Below are positions 1 through 8,457 of a DNA stretch of 55,861 bases, piece by piece. Made by a program: the position numbers and the translations under genes. Under the pieces are notes generated by a model. The model had not been told where the DNA came from, made no database searches, and saw only the letters and a program-made list of their open reading frames with translations. Origin of the DNA: Candidatus Uhrbacteria bacterium (GTDB lineage: Bacteria; Patescibacteriota; Patescibacteriia; UBA9934; GWF2-40-263); assembly GCA_016235605.1 (NCBI GenBank), contig JACRJW010000023.1, positions 1 to 55,861 on the forward strand, written 5' to 3'. The stretch's first letter is position 1, and each line of letters begins with the position of its first letter.

Positions 1-68
1 ATAGATAGGACTAATAGTGCAGGCGTCACGCGGTCTTGTCAATCAAAAACTCATCCACATGGCTGTTG

Positions 69-97
69 TTGACAAGGGTGAAAGGGCAGGATAGCCT
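69..97 (+). promoter_or_regulatory. Candidate sigma70-type promoter for greA (TTGACA-N17-TAGCCT)
   Basis: TTGACA at 69-74, a hand-counted 17-nt spacer, then TAGCCT at 92-97. This TTGACA-N17-TAnnnT architecture recurs at several other loci in the window. Confidence 0.45.
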
Positions 98-144
98 ACA
101 GACACACTCGGCCAGATCGGCGGGTGTTCATTTTTTGAAAAATT

Positions 145-600
145 ATGCCATCCTATTTATCATCAAAGGGCCTGGAAGAAATCAAACAAGAACTCGAGCG
201 CAGACAAAAAATTACGCGTCGCGAAATTGCCGAAAAGATCGCCGGAGCCAAAGAGCTTGGGGACCTGTCGGAAAATTTTGAATATCAGGAAGCAAAAGAA
301 GAACAGGGGATGAACGAGGCGCGCATTGCCCAACTGGAGAACCAAATCCATGACGTCGTCGTGATTGATGTCTCCAGAGGCGCTTCATCGATCGGCATTG
401 GCACCATGTTCATTGCGCAGGTGAATGGTGAAAAAAGATCTTTCACGATGGTCGGGTCAAACGAAGCTAATCCATTGGAAGGGAAGATCAGTAACGAATC
501 ACCCATCGGGTTGGCATTTCTCGGTGCCCGCGAAGGTGACACTGTTTCCATTGAGGTCCCTTCTGGTACAATGAAATACAAAATAGTGGAGATTCATTAG
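145..600 (+). CDS. greA: Transcription elongation factor GreA
   Basis: 151-aa ORF with an N-terminal coiled coil (GDLSENFEYQEAKEEQ) and a C-terminal globular domain typical of GreA. Confidence 0.9.
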   Translation: MPSYLSSKGLEEIKQELERRQKITRREIAEKIAGAKELGDLSENFEYQEAKEEQGMNEARIAQLENQIHDVVVIDVSRGASSIGIGTMFIAQVNGEKRSFTMVGSNEANPLEGKISNESPIGLAFLGAREGDTVSIEVPSGTMKYKIVEIH

Positions 601-601
601 T

Positions 602-2086
602 ATGATTCAAGAAGAAAAAGATCGCTTGGGACGACTCACGAAACTGCGAGCCGCTCACATCGACCCGTATCCAACGCACGCTGAGCGAACGCACACGATC
701 CAAGAAGTCCTAAGGTCGTTTGATGGACTCCTGGAAAAGAAAACGTCTGTAAAGATCATCGGACGTGTCCGTCTTTTGCGCCGTCATGGAGGGCTTACAT
801 TTGCCCAGCTCCAAGACCAATCAGGAACCATCCAGGTGGCGCTACGCAAAGACATCCTGGGAGAAGAAGCCTATGATTTTTTCCACGGGACGATCGACGT
901 GGGCGATTTTCTTGAGGTGGGTGGCCAGGTGTTCCTGACGAAGAAAGGCGAGAAAACCGTTGAGATCGAGCGTCAGCGTCTCATCAGTAAATCCCTGCTT
1001 CCACTGCCTGAGAAATGGCACGGCCTGAGTGATGTCGAAGCGCGTTTCCGGAAACGCTATCTGGACCTGATCATGAGCGAGGAAGTCCGCAACCGGCTCG
1101 AGACCAGGTCAAAAATCATTTCTTCCATCCGATCGCTTTTGGACGGCCGCGGATTCCTTGAGGTCGAGACACCAACGCTCCAACCGGTGTACGGCGGCGG
1201 GTTTGCACGGCCTTTTGTCACGCATCACCATGCGCTCGATACGAATTTTTTTCTGCGTATTTCAGATGAGATGTATTTGAAACGTCTGCTCGTGGGTGGC
1301 TTTGAAAAGGTCTACGAGATCACCAAAGTTTTTCGCAATGAAGGACTGGATCGTGACCACAATCCTGAGTTCACGATGTTCGAAGCACAGGTTGCGTATG
1401 AAAATTATGAGTACGGGATGGACCTGTTTGAGGAAATTTTCGAGACGGCCGCGGTACAAACACTCGACGCTCCAGAAATCCAACACGGGGACGTGGTGGT
1501 GAGCGTGAAGCGTCCATGGAAACGCCTGCGGCTGATCGATGCGGTTGAACAACTGGGTGGTCTTCAAAAAGAAATTTGGTCTGATCGTAAAGGAGCTCAA
1601 CAGACACTACAAAAAAAACTCGGGAAGTCGGCAGCAGAAGAGCTCGCTCGCATCAAATCAACCGGTGAGCTCATGGCGTTTGCGTTTGAAACGCTCGTTG
1701 AAGAAAAACTGTTCCAACCCACCATCATCTACGACTATCCCGTAGAGGTTTCACCGCTCGCAAAAAAATGTCCATCGGATTCTCGATTCGTCGAGCGGTT
1801 TGAGGCGTTTGCCGTGGGAATGGAGATCGGGAACAACTACTCTGAACTCAACGATCCTGTCGATCTTGAAAGGCGATTCATGGACGAAAAAAATCGTGAG
1901 CAGGCTGGATTCGATGAAGCACACCAAACAGACACCGATTATCTGGAAGCCATCAAACACGGAATGCCTCCGGCGTGCGGACTTGGCATTGGGATCGACC
2001 GCATGGTGATGCTGCTCACAGGCGCCAAGAACATCAAGGAAGTGATTTGGTTTCCGACGCTCCGTCCCAATCGCGAAGGGGACTAA
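602..2086 (+). CDS. lysS: Lysyl-tRNA synthetase, class II
   Basis: 494-aa ORF with an N-terminal OB anticodon-binding region and class II core motifs (FRNEG..., GLGIGIDRMVMLL). Confidence 0.92.
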   Translation: MIQEEKDRLGRLTKLRAAHIDPYPTHAERTHTIQEVLRSFDGLLEKKTSVKIIGRVRLLRRHGGLTFAQLQDQSGTIQVALRKDILGEEAYDFFHGTIDVGDFLEVGGQVFLTKKGEKTVEIERQRLISKSLLPLPEKWHGLSDVEARFRKRYLDLIMSEEVRNRLETRSKIISSIRSLLDGRGFLEVETPTLQPVYGGGFARPFVTHHHALDTNFFLRISDEMYLKRLLVGGFEKVYEITKVFRNEGLDRDHNPEFTMFEAQVAYENYEYGMDLFEEIFETAAVQTLDAPEIQHGDVVVSVKRPWKRLRLIDAVEQLGGLQKEIWSDRKGAQQTLQKKLGKSAAEELARIKSTGELMAFAFETLVEEKLFQPTIIYDYPVEVSPLAKKCPSDSRFVERFEAFAVGMEIGNNYSELNDPVDLERRFMDEKNREQAGFDEAHQTDTDYLEAIKHGMPPACGLGIGIDRMVMLLTGAKNIKEVIWFPTLRPNREGD

Positions 2087-2087
2087 T

Positions 2088-2462
2088 ATGGCCGTGAAGC
2101 GCGTACTGGTCTTTGGGACCTTTGATGGATTGCATGCGGGACACCTGTTCTTCTTGCGGTCGGCCAAGGCAAAGGGAACGCATCTCATCGTCGCTGTGGC
2201 GCGCGATGCGCATATCAAAACACTCAAGGACAAACGCCCGATACTGAGTGAACAGAAACGTCTTGAGGCGGTGAAGCTTCTGAAGATCGTGGATGAAGCA
2301 TATCTGTGCGACGCAGAGCTGGGAAGTTACAGGATTCTTGAATCCGCAAAGCCAGATCTCATCGTGTTTGGTCATGATCAGCAAAACCTTGAACGTGATC
2401 TGGTACGCTTCATGAGCGAGCATGAACAATATCTGCCGTTGTCGAGAATGAAGAAAGTATGA
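2088..2462 (+). CDS. Small cytidylyltransferase-family nucleotidyltransferase (TagD/RibL-like)
   Basis: 124 aa. The N-terminal GTFDGLHAGH matches the HxGH nucleotidyltransferase signature, and the size matches single-domain cytidylyltransferases. Confidence 0.7.
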   Translation: MAVKRVLVFGTFDGLHAGHLFFLRSAKAKGTHLIVAVARDAHIKTLKDKRPILSEQKRLEAVKLLKIVDEAYLCDAELGSYRILESAKPDLIVFGHDQQNLERDLVRFMSEHEQYLPLSRMKKV

Positions 2463-2561
2463 AACCAGTCAAGGACCTTCCCATTGTTGTTGGCGTTTGT
2501 GAACGTGATGGACAAATTTTAATGCTGCAAGCGAACAACGATATCCTTAAAGCGTTTTTAC

Positions 2562-3701
2562 ATGAAACGGCATCGCACGTGGGTTGAGGTCAGTGAGCGA
2601 GCGCTCACGAACAATATCGAGACCTTGCGCTCACTGCTTGAGGATGAGGCACGTTTTTGTGCCGTGGTGAAGGCGAATGCCTATGGACATGGCCTCACAG
2701 AGGTCGCAAGCATTGCCGCGCGTGCAGGGGTTGATGCCTTTGCGGTTGATTCCATTGATGACGCGCTCCTCTTGCGGGAGATCTATCCTGGTGCGCTCAT
2801 CCTCACGTTAGGATTCACGCTGTCAGATCGGTTTCGGGAAGCGCTGAGCGCGAATATCCATCTGACCATCTCGGACCAGGAGGAAATTGAACAGGCCCAA
2901 TCCGTCGGCCGCGAACTCGCAAGGACGTTTCCCCTCCACCTGAAGGTTGAAACAGGGACCATGCGCCAAGGAGCGTCCCTCCCGGATCTTGCCGACATGG
3001 CCCTTCAACTATCACGATGTGATCGTGTGTCACTGGAAGGCGTCTCAACCCATTTTGCCAACATTGAGGATTCTGAAAATCCAGAATTTGCCGCCCACCA
3101 ATTTTCCTTATACGAGCAGGCTCTCGCCATTTTTGCAGAGCACCAGATCAACCCACCATGGCGGCACACTGCCTGTTCGGCCGCGATTATTTTGTATCCT
3201 CAGACCCACCAGACCCTTGTGAGGGCTGGGATCTCGATGTACGGCATTTGGTCCTCAGAACTCGTTGAAAATACCGTGAGACGTCTTAATCTTGGATGTG
3301 ACCTTCAACCAGTACTCACCTGGAAATCCCGCATCGGGCAGATAAAAACAGTCCCAATGGGGACGCCCATCGGATACGGTCTCACAGAGGTCATGAAGCG
3401 CAGCGGCAGGCTTGCGGTGGTTCCTGTGGGATACTGGGATGGCTACGACCGCCAGCTGTCCTCAAAAGGCGAGGTGCTTGTGAAGGGGATCAGATGTAAA
3501 GTGATGGGACGCGTGTGCATGAACATGATGATGGTGGATGTGTCACAAGTTCCGCAATTGCAGAAGGAAGATGAAGTTATTTTACTGGGAACGGATGGTC
3601 GCCATCGGGTCACGGCTGAAAACCATGCGCAGCTCACCCAGACGATTCCCTATGAAGTGCTCACACGGATCCATCCCTCAATTCCACGCGTGATCGTATG
3701 A
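2562..3701 (+). CDS. alr: Alanine racemase
   Basis: 379 aa with the PLP-lysine motif VVKANAYGHG and a conserved C-terminal beta domain. Confidence 0.9.
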   Translation: MKRHRTWVEVSERALTNNIETLRSLLEDEARFCAVVKANAYGHGLTEVASIAARAGVDAFAVDSIDDALLLREIYPGALILTLGFTLSDRFREALSANIHLTISDQEEIEQAQSVGRELARTFPLHLKVETGTMRQGASLPDLADMALQLSRCDRVSLEGVSTHFANIEDSENPEFAAHQFSLYEQALAIFAEHQINPPWRHTACSAAIILYPQTHQTLVRAGISMYGIWSSELVENTVRRLNLGCDLQPVLTWKSRIGQIKTVPMGTPIGYGLTEVMKRSGRLAVVPVGYWDGYDRQLSSKGEVLVKGIRCKVMGRVCMNMMMVDVSQVPQLQKEDEVILLGTDGRHRVTAENHAQLTQTIPYEVLTRIHPSIPRVIV

Positions 3702-4537
3702 GCAGACGAGATTTTTTTCGACACGCAGAGCGCAGGCAGTATCGCACAAGGGATCACGAAAATCCCTACTTTCGCCGCGTAAAGAAAATCCCGTGGAAGG
3801 CGCTGAGTCTTTTCGTGGGCACAACGATCGTCTTTTTGGGCTTCTTAACGTTTCTTTTAGCCCATCCCGCGCTTGCCATTCACGAAGTACAAATTGATGG
3901 ACTCACGCATATCGACCGAGAGGAGTTTCAAACAGAGGTTTCTGCCTATCTTCATGAACGGGTCCTCCTATTTTTCCACCGGAAGAATCAATTTCTCTTT
4001 TCGGATGAGGACCTCCGCAAAAAACTTGAGAAGAAATTTACGTTTGCCTCCCTCACGGTCTCACAAGAGGGGAAGAAGCTTTCTATCCATGTGGAGGAGA
4101 GGAATTCAAATTTGATTTGGATGACGGATCAGGAATATATCGTTGATGTGCATGGAGTGGTTGTCCGGCGGCTGAATAGGGAAGACGCAGCGGAGGCGAA
4201 CCTTGCCTCATTCCTGCCTTCATTTTACGACATAAATAAGGTCCCTGTTACGGTCGGTTCCACGGTACTCACAGAACAAGAGATCGAACGAGTCTTTGCG
4301 TTCCATAAAATCTTAAGTGAACAAGGGATCGGCTTCACGCAGACGCGTTTAAATCGTCTTGTAGGTGGTTGGATGAGTGTGGTGACACAGGAAGGCTACG
4401 AGATCTATTTTGACGTCACAGGAGATATTGAAGCACAGGGAGAGGCCTTGAAAATGGTCCTGGCAGAGCAAATAGAGGATCCAGGGGACCTTGAATACAT
4501 TGATGTGCGTTTTGGGGATCACGTATATTTTAAATAG
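3698..4537 (+). CDS. ftsQ: FtsQ/DivIB-like cell division protein
   Basis: 279 aa with an N-terminal TM helix followed by a POTRA-like segment (VQIDGLTHIDREEF). ATGA start/stop overlap with alr. Confidence 0.65.
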   Translation: MSRRDFFRHAERRQYRTRDHENPYFRRVKKIPWKALSLFVGTTIVFLGFLTFLLAHPALAIHEVQIDGLTHIDREEFQTEVSAYLHERVLLFFHRKNQFLFSDEDLRKKLEKKFTFASLTVSQEGKKLSIHVEERNSNLIWMTDQEYIVDVHGVVVRRLNREDAAEANLASFLPSFYDINKVPVTVGSTVLTEQEIERVFAFHKILSEQGIGFTQTRLNRLVGGWMSVVTQEGYEIYFDVTGDIEAQGEALKMVLAEQIEDPGDLEYIDVRFGDHVYFK

Positions 4538-4682
4538 AGGGCTGCATAATCGGCGAATTACGAATGGCTACGAATATACGAATCGACCGAGTGTTGTCGT
4601 ATAAGGCATATTGTGCGACACGCTTGTTCTCCTTCTCTTCAACAGACCGCTCGACGAAATTATTCTGTTTGTACGACTAGTT

Positions 4683-4886
4683 CTAAATAAAGTCTGTGAG
4701 ATAAATAAGTAAGAGCATGATCACGCCAATCAGAAAAAACGTAAGACCGATAAGTGAGAGGGCAAGGATAAGCTCATCATTCTCCCCTGCCCCGCGGACC
4801 ATGTTGATGCTCACTCCTAAAAAGACGGTGAGCGGAACAAGCGCGAACGTCCAGCCGAGAAATGTGAGGACGAATTCAAGCGTCAT
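4683..4886 (-). CDS. Small two-TM membrane protein, unknown function
   Basis: The internal Met (MTLEFVLTFLGW...) begins 5 nt after the stop of the upstream M23 gene. Two hydrophobic helices. The longer ORF-track start would overlap the M23 gene. Confidence 0.45.
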   Translation of the reverse strand: MTLEFVLTFLGWTFALVPLTVFLGVSINMVRGAGENDELILALSLIGLTFFLIGVIMLLLIYLTDFI

Positions 4887-4890
4887 AAGC

Positions 4891-6096
4891 TCAATATGAA
4901 ATAAGATAACTGAGTGGGTCTGTCGGAATGCCGTCTTTGCGAACTTCAAAGTGCAAATGCGGTCCAGTGGAAAGGCCTGTGCTTCCAACAGCCCCGATCG
5001 TGTCTCCGCGCGCGACAAACTGATCTGCCACCACATCGATCCTGGAAAGGTGCGCATAGAGCGTTGAAAGACCGTTTGTGTGGATCACCATCACATAATT
5101 TCCATACAGACGTCCCGTTTTGGTAAATGCGACGTAGCCAGTGGCAGCGACGCCCACAGGCGTCCCAGTCGCCGCTGGAAGATCAAGTCCTGAATGTTCA
5201 AACAGATTTCGGAACGGATAGGTGGGGTCATGGAAGTAGGTGGAGATACCACGAAGCGTCGGACTAAACGGCCACGAAAGCACGGATGAATCCCCTCCTT
5301 GGTCCGCTTCGCTGAGCTTCCCTTCGATCTCCTGCTGTAACAAAAGAATTTCTTGGTTGATGAATGTTTGTTCCTGTTTGACGTCCTGAAGGAGAGATTG
5401 AAATTCTGATTCTGATTGCTGGGTTTGGGTGATGAGGATCTCCTTTGATCCTGTTTCCTCAGAGAGTCGATCAAGGTCCTTATCCAGGCTGTCCTCCAAT
5501 GAAACGAGGTCTCCCTTTTTCGTTTCCTCATTCGCCACTTTTTCCTCGAGGGCCGCTTTCATGGAACGGGCCTCATCAACCGTTTTTTTTAAGTCCTCAG
5601 AGACATTCGAGAGACGTTCAAGATTGTCGAAGAGTTCGGAGAAGGAATCATTCCCAAAAAAAAGTTCAAGCGGGACGGCCGTGTCCTCTGTTTGGATTTG
5701 ACGCAGGACTTGTGCCATGAGCTCACGTTGATAGTTGAGCTTCTCCTGGATCGTTTTGATTTCCCCGTCAAGGGACGCAAGCTCGATGTTCACAAGATCG
5801 ATGGAAGCCTCGGCGGCTTCAATATCAAGCTTCGTTTTTGCAATCCGGTTTTCAAGCAGGTCAATTTCTCCGTACAACGAGGCCTCTTGTGCCTGAAGGT
5901 TCTCAATTTTGTCTTTATAGGAATCGATCTGGCTGTTTAGGGCATCGATCGCCTCGCGCTTCTCATCAATCTTTGAAGAGAGGTTGTCGATGTCTGAATC
6001 ACCCTGTGCCTTTGCAGTTTCAACATAAAATAACGGCAGACTCATAAGAGCCAACAGGAGTATCACACGGCAGATTCCAGACAGGTTGTGTCTCAT
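4891..6096 (-). CDS. Secreted M23 metallopeptidase with long N-terminal coiled coil (EnvC-like)
   Basis: 401 aa with a signal peptide, a coiled coil of about 230 aa, and a C-terminal M23 domain (HSGLDL..., GPHLHFEV). Confidence 0.85.
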   Translation of the reverse strand: MRHNLSGICRVILLLALMSLPLFYVETAKAQGDSDIDNLSSKIDEKREAIDALNSQIDSYKDKIENLQAQEASLYGEIDLLENRIAKTKLDIEAAEASIDLVNIELASLDGEIKTIQEKLNYQRELMAQVLRQIQTEDTAVPLELFFGNDSFSELFDNLERLSNVSEDLKKTVDEARSMKAALEEKVANEETKKGDLVSLEDSLDKDLDRLSEETGSKEILITQTQQSESEFQSLLQDVKQEQTFINQEILLLQQEIEGKLSEADQGGDSSVLSWPFSPTLRGISTYFHDPTYPFRNLFEHSGLDLPAATGTPVGVAATGYVAFTKTGRLYGNYVMVIHTNGLSTLYAHLSRIDVVADQFVARGDTIGAVGSTGLSTGPHLHFEVRKDGIPTDPLSYLISY

Positions 6097-7556
6097 GATG
6101 AAAGTTTATCAATCGCGGTTGAGAGTCGGGAAAGAGTTTCGTCCTTGCCGAGGATCCAGGCGATTTGAAACGGCCCTGCAGATTTGTCAAAGCCTGAGAG
6201 CGCCACGCGCATGGGCCAAAGGACGTTCCCATTTTGTAGACCCTTGGATTCAATATACCGCTTTACGTGCGATTCAATCAACACAGGATCATGAAAAACT
6301 TCAGGATCAAGATCTGTGATGAGTTCCAGCACACCCCGGAGCTGGGTGATCGCGTCTTCTTTGGTGGATTTTTTCCAAACAAGCATCTGTAGATCGTACG
6401 AGAGTGGTTGTGTATAGGGTTTAATGCGTTCAGGAATCTCGGCGAGCGTTACCAGTCGCTCACGTTCTACGACGAGGATCTTTTTTAGAAGCTCGTCACT
6501 GACCACTCCCCTCTCACAAAAAGGCTTTGCGCTTTCCATCAGCTCATCAATGTTCATGGATCGAATATACATCCCGTTCATCCAATTTAATTTTACGATA
6601 TCGAACACCGCACCGCTTTTGTTGACCTTCGAAAGGTCAAAAGCCTGCGTGAGCTCGTCTAGAGAGTACATCTCTCTGGCAGCCGACGGATTAAATCCTA
6701 AGAGCGCTACAAAATTTAACAGCGCCTCAGGAAGATAACCTTTTGCGAGATACTCCTCGACCGCCACGTCCCCTTGACGCTTCGAGAGCTTGGACTTGTC
6801 TGGATTCAATATGAGCGGCAGATGCGCAAAAACAGGGAGTGGAAAACCAAACGCCTTGTAGAGATGCACATGCTTGGGCACTGACGAAATCCATTCCTCG
6901 CCGCGGATGACATGCGTCACACCCATAAGATGATCGTCAACGACCATAGCGAGGTGGTATGTCGGGAATCCATCCGCTTTCATGAGTACCTGATCGTCGA
7001 TCTGTGCATTTTGGATCGTCACAGAACCGCGGATGACGTCCTCAAATGTCGTCTCCCCGTCTGGAATTTTTAAACGGATAACATGTTGTTCTTGAGCGTC
7101 GAGTCGAGCCTTAACTTCCTTTGCGGTGAGTTTTAGACACTGTCGATCATACTTGGTTGAGGCTTTGATCAGCTCTTGGGACTTCCTCAGTTCCTCAAGA
7201 CGTTCTTTTGTACAGAAACAATAATACGCATCGCCTTGGAGAACGAGTCGCAGTGTATGCTCGAGGTAGATCGGTAGACGCGCAGACTGAACGTATGGTC
7301 CGTTTTCACCTTTTTCCTTGAGTACGCCATCAACAAGAATCGGCCCTTCGTCATAGGAAAGACCCATGCGATCGAGAGTCGCAATAAGCGACTCTACGGC
7401 GCCCTCAACGTAGCGTGTGCGATCCGTATCTTCGATGCGGACAAGAAACGTGCCGTGATTTTTTTTGGCGAACAAAAAATTGTACAGCGCGGTGCGCAGT
7501 GATCCGACATGGAGGAATCCCGTTGGGGATGGTGGAAAGCGAGTTTTCACGTTCAT
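6093..7556 (-). CDS. gltX: Glutamyl-tRNA synthetase
   Basis: 487 aa with PSPTGFLHVGSLRTAL (HIGH region) and KLSKR (KMSKS). Confidence 0.92.
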   Translation of the reverse strand: MNVKTRFPPSPTGFLHVGSLRTALYNFLFAKKNHGTFLVRIEDTDRTRYVEGAVESLIATLDRMGLSYDEGPILVDGVLKEKGENGPYVQSARLPIYLEHTLRLVLQGDAYYCFCTKERLEELRKSQELIKASTKYDRQCLKLTAKEVKARLDAQEQHVIRLKIPDGETTFEDVIRGSVTIQNAQIDDQVLMKADGFPTYHLAMVVDDHLMGVTHVIRGEEWISSVPKHVHLYKAFGFPLPVFAHLPLILNPDKSKLSKRQGDVAVEEYLAKGYLPEALLNFVALLGFNPSAAREMYSLDELTQAFDLSKVNKSGAVFDIVKLNWMNGMYIRSMNIDELMESAKPFCERGVVSDELLKKILVVERERLVTLAEIPERIKPYTQPLSYDLQMLVWKKSTKEDAITQLRGVLELITDLDPEVFHDPVLIESHVKRYIESKGLQNGNVLWPMRVALSGFDKSAGPFQIAWILGKDETLSRLSTAIDKLSS

Positions 7557-8386
7557 AATCCTTTTAATTGACGATGGACCTCTGGAAAAACACGAGAGAC
7601 TGCTTTCAGGAATCTACGAGACCTTAGTGTACTCAATGCCACCGCGAAAGGAAAGATGATACTGGCATTTACAATGCGCCGTACGCGCCTTGGCTCACGA
7701 ATGAGTCTCCAAACGAATTCAAGACCGATTTTCTGCATCCAGGACGGCGAACGTCTTTTCGATCCTGAGAGCATGTCCAGAGCTCCACCAACGCCGATCC
7801 AGATTCGCACGTTTGGCAACACCTCTTTCGCCTGGAACATAAACGCCTCCTGTTTCCCCTGCCCCAGTGCAACAGCAACGACGTCAGGCGCTGTATTTTT
7901 TATTTGATCAAGAATGTTCTGCGTAATCGCGACGTCAGTTCCATTGTAGGAAATCACTCCAGGATCGATCGCAACGACATCCAACTCGAGCAGATGCTGC
8001 CTGAGCCTCATCGCCGTTGCCTGCGCAACTCCAGAATCGCCACCCAAGAGCAGAAGTCGCTTGCTATTTTGCAAACACAGCCGCGCAAGATCCTGGAGCA
8101 CGTCAACGCCGGGATGGCGATGTCCCAAATAAGAATCCGTCAGGGCAGCGACGGCGTAGCGAAGGCTCACAGAGTCCGGAAGCGAAAGGTCGCTCTGGTT
8201 GAGTCGGTCATGAAACGTTTTGTTTTTTCTTGTGAGGAGAAGAAACTCTGCGTTCGTCGTTACGATCATCTTCCATCTTTCATCACAAATCCAAGACTGG
8301 AGCTGCTGCTGGAGCTCCGCGCCCGAAATATCGTCTATTCTTACATCAAAAACGTAATGCGGCTTCACACAGCTGCATGATAGCAA
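7553..8386 (-). CDS. WecB/TagA/CpsF-family glycosyltransferase
   Basis: 277 aa with family-typical blocks (IVTTNAEFLL, LPDSVSLRYA, VGGALD). Confidence 0.75.
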   Translation of the reverse strand: MLSCSCVKPHYVFDVRIDDISGAELQQQLQSWICDERWKMIVTTNAEFLLLTRKNKTFHDRLNQSDLSLPDSVSLRYAVAALTDSYLGHRHPGVDVLQDLARLCLQNSKRLLLLGGDSGVAQATAMRLRQHLLELDVVAIDPGVISYNGTDVAITQNILDQIKNTAPDVVAVALGQGKQEAFMFQAKEVLPNVRIWIGVGGALDMLSGSKRRSPSWMQKIGLEFVWRLIREPRRVRRIVNASIIFPFAVALSTLRSRRFLKAVSRVFPEVHRQLKGL

Positions 8387-8406
8387 AAACTCGGGTTATT
8401 CACAGG

Positions 8407-8435
8407 TTGACAAACCCTCGTTAGCACTCTATCCT
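8407..8435 (+). promoter_or_regulatory. Candidate clpB promoter (TTGACA-N17-TATCCT)
   Basis: TTGACA at 8407-8412, a 17-nt spacer, then TATCCT at 8430-8435. The promoter overlaps the CIRCE operator. Confidence 0.6.
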
Positions 8436-8447
8436 TACGAGTGCTAA
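8421..8447 (+). promoter_or_regulatory. CIRCE operator (HrcA binding site)
   Basis: Perfect match to the consensus TTAGCACTC-N9-GAGTGCTAA, located 11 nt upstream of the clpB ATG. Confidence 0.9.
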
Positions 8448-8457
8448 CTATCTTTTT

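Noticed and set aside
2459-2587. A 42-aa ORF, MKPVKDLPIVVGVCERDGQILMLQ..., resembles the first strand of a NUDIX hydrolase. It overlaps the upstream stop (ATGA) and the alr start.
   Set aside because: It is too short and lacks the NUDIX box. It could be a gene remnant, but the evidence is only a weak N-terminal resemblance.
4551-4590. Three closely spaced TACGAAT/ACGAAT repeats lie in the convergent ftsQ/small-membrane-gene spacer.
   Set aside because: They are very short with no accompanying structure or gene context, so this is compatible with chance.
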